Source: Vicugna vicugna
Taxonomy: Eukaryota
DNA length: 60,460 nt
Assembly (NCBI GenBank): GCA_013265495.1
Contig: MU058198.1
Span: forward strand, 4,405,579 to 4,466,038
Reading direction: 5' to 3'
In this document: piece after piece, positions 55,366 through 60,460 of the stretch
How the letters are laid out: the number at the start of each line of letters is the position of its first letter
Numbering within the stretch: the stretch's first letter is position 1
Notes under the pieces: model-generated
Database searches by the model: none
The model's input: the letters and a program-made list of their open reading frames with translations, nothing else
What the model was told of the DNA's origin: nothing
Made by a program: the position numbers and the translations under genes

Positions 55366-58300
55366 ATTATTTCTAAAACCCAAATGAGTCTCTCAAAAGA
55401 TATTTCTGGTTTCTTTTTGTAGCTGGTTGACCTCTGGTAGAGATATTTTGCCTGTAAAGCATGGACTCGAGGTTTAGCAAACCAATTTCGACCCTGATTA
55501 CCTATGCCCTTTAGTGAGTCACTAGGGGTTTGAACAGCGGTCTCCTTATCTGCAAAGTGGAACCCACACCTGCCTCATAGGACTGTCATGAGGAGCCAGC
55601 ACGGTGATATCTGTTAAGTGCTCAGGACAACGCCTGGGGAAGGCTTGCTGACCGTTAACCTGTATTGTTATTATGGTGCAGTCGCGAGTTACTGGAATGA
55701 TAAGGGAGCAAAGGTGAAATCTTCTGATTTTTAAAGGCAATTTCTCAATGTGCATGTTTTTATATTTTATGGAGATAAAATGTTACAAGTGACAACATAG
55801 AGATTGAATTCAGTGTTCTTTTATTAGGTACCATTGGTTTACATACAACTTGCCTCTTGGTTATGTCCACAAGGTAACTTCCTAAAATAGATTGGGTTTA
55901 TTTTTAACTTTTTATTGGAGTAGTGTGTACACATGGAAAACTACACACATGGTTAATGGCTGGATGAATTTTCACAAAGTGAACTCACCCTGTAGCCAGC
56001 ATCCAGATCAAGAAACAGAGTGATGGTGCCCCGGAAGTTTCCATGTGCCACCTCCCAAAGCTCACAGCACAGGCAGCGTCACTTACTTGGGAAATTTCTA
56101 GTCTACCACACTACCCTCTTGTGTCTGGCTTCGTTCCCTTTGTTTGTGAGATTCACCAGTTGCTAACGAGACCACATGGTTTACATTTTCATGATGCTTT
56201 GTTTCTTACTCCATTTAAAAACATTAGCACGTCTTTGTTGAGACTTGAAGGATGAGTAAGATTTTGTCAGGATTAGGGAGCAGTTTGGGTAAAAGAAACA
56301 GACGGTCCAAAGGCTCGATGGCGAGTAGAAACTATGAGATGTTCAGGATACTGAAAGTAGCGTTCATTCTGGGGTAGATATTTCCTGTTTAGTTCAACTG
56401 TGTTCATAATTGTGACCATTCAGCTAGTTCCCAGATTTTTCCTACCAATAAACAGGGATGAAATCAATGTCCCTGTCCGTATACTCTTACCAATCAGAGT
56501 TTTTATTTCTATAGGATCAATTTTCAAGCACAAGGCTCACTGGGGCTAGAATTAGGTGAATTTAAAGATTTAATAAATATTGTAAAACTGTTACAAAATT
56601 TTGTAGCAATTCACACTTCCCCCAGCAATGCATGGATTTGCCTATTTCACCATCTTTGTCAGTAGTTGGATGTTAATCACTTTAAAAATTTTTCTATTCT
56701 GTTGCTTTTCCTTTGAATTTTTTTCTGGCTCTTATCTTTTCATGTTTGTTAACCATTTGGATTTCCTCTTCTGTAGAGTTGTTTAATTTTAATAGTTATT
56801 AATACCCAAATAATAGAGAAAATGATAAAAGCAAAAAAAACCAAAAAAAACAAGAACATTCTGAATACTCATATGAAATATGCTTGTGTGCCAAGCTTTT
56901 CAGTAAATGGTAGAGATTATTACTACCATTTTAATGGTTCAAACCACTCAGATGGTGAGCAGATGAATCCTTAGTGATGAGACTCCGTGGACGGCTTCTC
57001 CAGGCCAATGACTTTCTGGCTGTAACGTGTTCTGAGATAGCCAGCGTGTCTGATGTCTGTTTACCACTGACTCCAAAGACATCAGCATTTGAACTTGACC
57101 CTGCAGGGGAGAAAACTGGGTCCCGGTGGCTTCTACAAGGGAGGAAGGTGCTCAGGTTGAAACTAAGCCCACGATCTGAGGAGTGAGAAAGGTGAAAACT
57201 AGACTCGTTTCTTGCAACCAACTTGCCCTGAGTTCCAAGTGAGCAATCATACGCTGAAAACAGCTGCAGAGCTTTATAGATAGATATAAAGCCACAGTTT
57301 CAGAAGCCAGTGGGAGGTTCTGCTTTAAGTTTCTGTGATGGTCCACAGAGCACAGATCTCAGCATCAGCCTAAATTATCAAGCATCTCCATTACTACAAA
57401 GAGGAGCCTGTTGCAAGAAGAAATTATTCAACCGAAAGCCCAGTATCTTTGGAATATTGGGAGGGAACTTATCAGCTAGAAAATGCAACTCCCGGTGCCT
57501 GAAAGAGAAGGACATGTATTGTTTATTTCAGAGACTCCCGAACTTTCTTGGTTCACAGTGTTCTTGGCCAAAAGGAATACCTCCTAGTTCTATTTATTAG
57601 TTCAGTCCAAAAAACTTAGCAAGTATTTATGTCCTAACTATTTAGTAGCCACTTAAAAAATACACATATATTGAAAGGAAACATTTTATTTCTATTTTAT
57701 TTAATTCTTCTATAACTATAATTAAATAACTCAATTTAATTGAGTTCTTAAATAACTTTTGCTCTTAAATAATACAGTTACTTTACCATGGGACGTCTAT
57801 GCCTCTGGAGCACCGCACAGTTTCTCAGATCTTGGAATCAGATTAGACACTGCCACCCTCACTTCCTCTTCAACACTGATTTTCACGCGGTTCTTGTTTT
57901 TTGTTTTCTTTTTATTATGGCAACCCCCATAAAACCAGCTTTGCAAAGATATGATGTAACTGAAAGAAATGTAGGGCCATTTAATAGAAAACTGTGAACT
58001 ACCTGGAGCTAGTAATTCACACAGTGTCTGACAGATATTGAGGATCATTCTAGTTCCCTTAAAAATGTAAAATATCCCACAGCCCCTTTTTGAGTTCCTT
58101 GTGGCTCACTGGGGGTGCTCTCTGGGACATGCAGGGTTTTTTTTACAATAAATCTGGGGTAGTTGGTCTTGCAGCTAGTCTGGTGACTTAGTGATGTCAT
58201 CACGGATCCACACTTCTGGCAGGTTGTACCTCATAGTCTCAAGATAGCTGCTGCAGTGCCGGCATCACGTTTTTTCCCCACAGCAGTGCAGCCATCAATA

Positions 58301-58439
58301 TAAGAAAGGAGGGGAAAGCCAGGATACAATGCAACTTGCTTTTATACTGTGTCTGGACCTGTTCGGACCTGGTGGTAGAGGGCAGGCAGGTGCCTACAGA
58401 CGCAGAGATATTTTAAAATACCTTTTTTTTTCCTACTGG

Positions 58440-58768
58440 GAGCACCATTTCCCAGCGGCCAGGGGAAGCCATGCAACTGTGTTCTAGCCAATCAAATACG
58501 GATGGAAGTGTATTTGCCATTTCTAGGACTAGCCCACAACCCCACCCCTGCACAATCCTCCACATTCTCTTTCCCCCTTTGCTGGTTAGTGGGGAGGATC
58601 TGAGGACCTAGATGGTGGAGCTCCAAGATGGAAGTAGCCTGGAGTCACCATGTGGTGAAGAGCTTGCTATGGACTATTCTGTGAAAAATGGATCAGTTTC
58701 TCCTATGTTAAGCCATTCAACTGTTGGAGTTAATTTGTTACATGGGTTAGCCCTCATTGGCTAATGCA
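58440..58768 (+). mobile_element. MaLR LTR fragment (MLT1-type)
   Basis: gttctagccaat...ggaagtg...aagccattcaactgttggagttaatttgttaca. Confidence 0.6.
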
Positions 58769-59984
58769 AACCATCATAAGAGCTACTGTTTATGGGCACC
58801 TGCTCTGAATTGGGCACTGTCCTAAGAGCATCATCGCATTTAATCCACACCACAACCCTTTGGGGATGGGTCCCACCATTAGTCAACTTTTATAGACAAG
58901 GGAACTGAAGCTGAGGGAGAAGCTAGCAGGCAAAGATGGAGGGACATGACCCTCAACCTGGACCTAAGTCCAAACTGTGCCTTGCCGGTTGCCAGTTTTA
59001 AAGAAATGGGTGAAAATTGGGTGAGACAAGAAGACCAGAAAAGGAGTTGTAGTAGAAATACCAGCTGGGAGTTCCTGCCTGTGACGTGGGGGAAATAATA
59101 AATTATTGCAAATATGAATCATTGAGGGAGTGCATGTGAGGTGTCCAGTGCAGCGTCTACACTTGGCAGGTGTATAATGAATGTTTGATTTTTTTTTTTC
59201 AAGAGGCTAAGCAAGAATCAATGAAGGCCTGGGTGAAAATAGGAGAGAAATATTCTGGAAGCAGCACTTGGCAGGATTTGGGCAAAGAATGAGGGAGACG
59301 GGAAGTTGAGGGTTGGACAACTATCTTATGTTGTCATTTGCAGTGACACAGGAGGAAGGGTGTAAGAAACATCTTGGACAATGTGCTGTGGGTGCAGGGG
59401 AGGGAGAGAATAGGTCTCAAGATAACCAGCAAGAACATAGCCCTGAAACCTTCCAAGATGTGCAGATGCTCAATAAAAGTGCTGAGTTCTCCAGGCGTCT
59501 CGCTGAAAAGAGCCATCGGCCAACTGTCAAACCCTTGTCCAGATGCATCGGCTTCTGTCCTCAGACAGATACTCTTAATCTGGACGACCTTGGACAGGTT
59601 CTTCAACTTCTCTGTGCCTTGTTTTTTATCATCTGAAGATGTAGATAAGAAGTCACAGGGCTTAGATGATGGTTGTGAATATATGCAGAGTTGCTTAGCA
59701 CAGCGTTAGATCTGTAGCGCGTTGTCAATAAATGGTGGAAATTTTCCTTAAAAGCCTCTTATCCTGACATCATTTCTCTGTCTATACATATAAACACTCA
59801 GATAATAGCTATGATCACTGACTGCATCTTGTCTGTCTTTTTCACTGCTACATATCCTGCTAGCACAGGTTCACAGTAGGTATTTAAATATTCGTTGAGT
59901 GAATGAACAAGGAAAGCTACCTGTCTCCCTTCCTCCCTTACTTCCTTCCATCCACCTGGCCATTTTTCCAACTCTCTCTTCTTC

Positions 59985-60017
59985 CATCATCCATCCATCC
60001 ACCCATCCATCCATCAT
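59985..60017. repeat. Imperfect (CCAT)n
   Basis: Direct reading. Confidence 0.8.
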
Positions 60018-60055
60018 CTTAGAAAGGCAGTAGAATGTAGTGGCTTAACCCACCA

Positions 60056-60356
60056 TTTTTTCAACTGTGCTAAAACATGCACAACACAGACTTTACCATT
60101 TTGACCATTTTTAAGTATATAGTTCAGTGGAATTAAGTACATTCATATTGTTGTGCAACCATCACCACCATCCATCTCCAGAACTTTCTCGTCTTCCTCA
60201 ACTGAGACTCTCTACCCATTAAGCAATAACTCCCCATTCTCTCCTCCTCCCGGGCCCTGGCAGCCACCATGCTATTCTCTGTCTCTGTGAATTTGATTAT
60301 TCTGGGTACTTCCTATAAGTGGAATCATACAGTATTTGTCCCTTTGTGAACTGGCC
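60056..60356 (-). mobile_element. L1MB-type 3' end, inserted in a MIR (continues 60375..60460)
   Basis: tttaccattttgaccatttttaagtatatagttcagtgg...gtggaatcatacagtatttgtcc. Confidence 0.85.
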
Positions 60357-60460
60357 CACAAGTTTTGCAACCACAAAAGCTGTGTGATCCTGGGAAACTT
60401 AACTTTCCCAACTCTCCACTTCCTCATCTGTAAAACAGCTGGAATAATCGTACCTACCTC

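Noticed and set aside
39021..60460. Downstream gene (AQP8 follows LCMT1 in human, from recall)
   Set aside because: No aquaporin-like ORF or credible exon chain seen; a very short first exon cannot be excluded.

Overview
Mammalian genomic DNA, most likely a camelid: there are nine copies of a tRNA-Ala-derived SINE resembling camelid vic-1, plus artiodactyl-type L1 3' ends. The window holds coding exons 2-11 of LCMT1 (leucine carboxyl methyltransferase 1, the PP2A methyltransferase) on the + strand, 10552..38062. The ten exons join in one open frame (892 nt including TGA), and AATAAA follows at 38236. Exon 1 lies upstream of the window. The other ~22 kb downstream is repeat-rich intergenic DNA (L1, MaLR/ERV LTRs, MIR, L2, DNA transposons) with no recognisable gene. 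The remaining six-frame ORFs look like chance or repeat-derived. I found no evidence of a new biological system. The most notable observations are: two GC-AG introns in LCMT1, one next to a (GT)19 tract; a base-identical 2289-bp-period duplication at the window start; a 40-bp minisatellite whose unit carries a hairpin and an AG|GT motif and runs into an assembly gap; and an inversion inside an old L1 flanked by ~100-bp inverted duplicates. Repeat family names are from recall of consensus motifs, not a database search.
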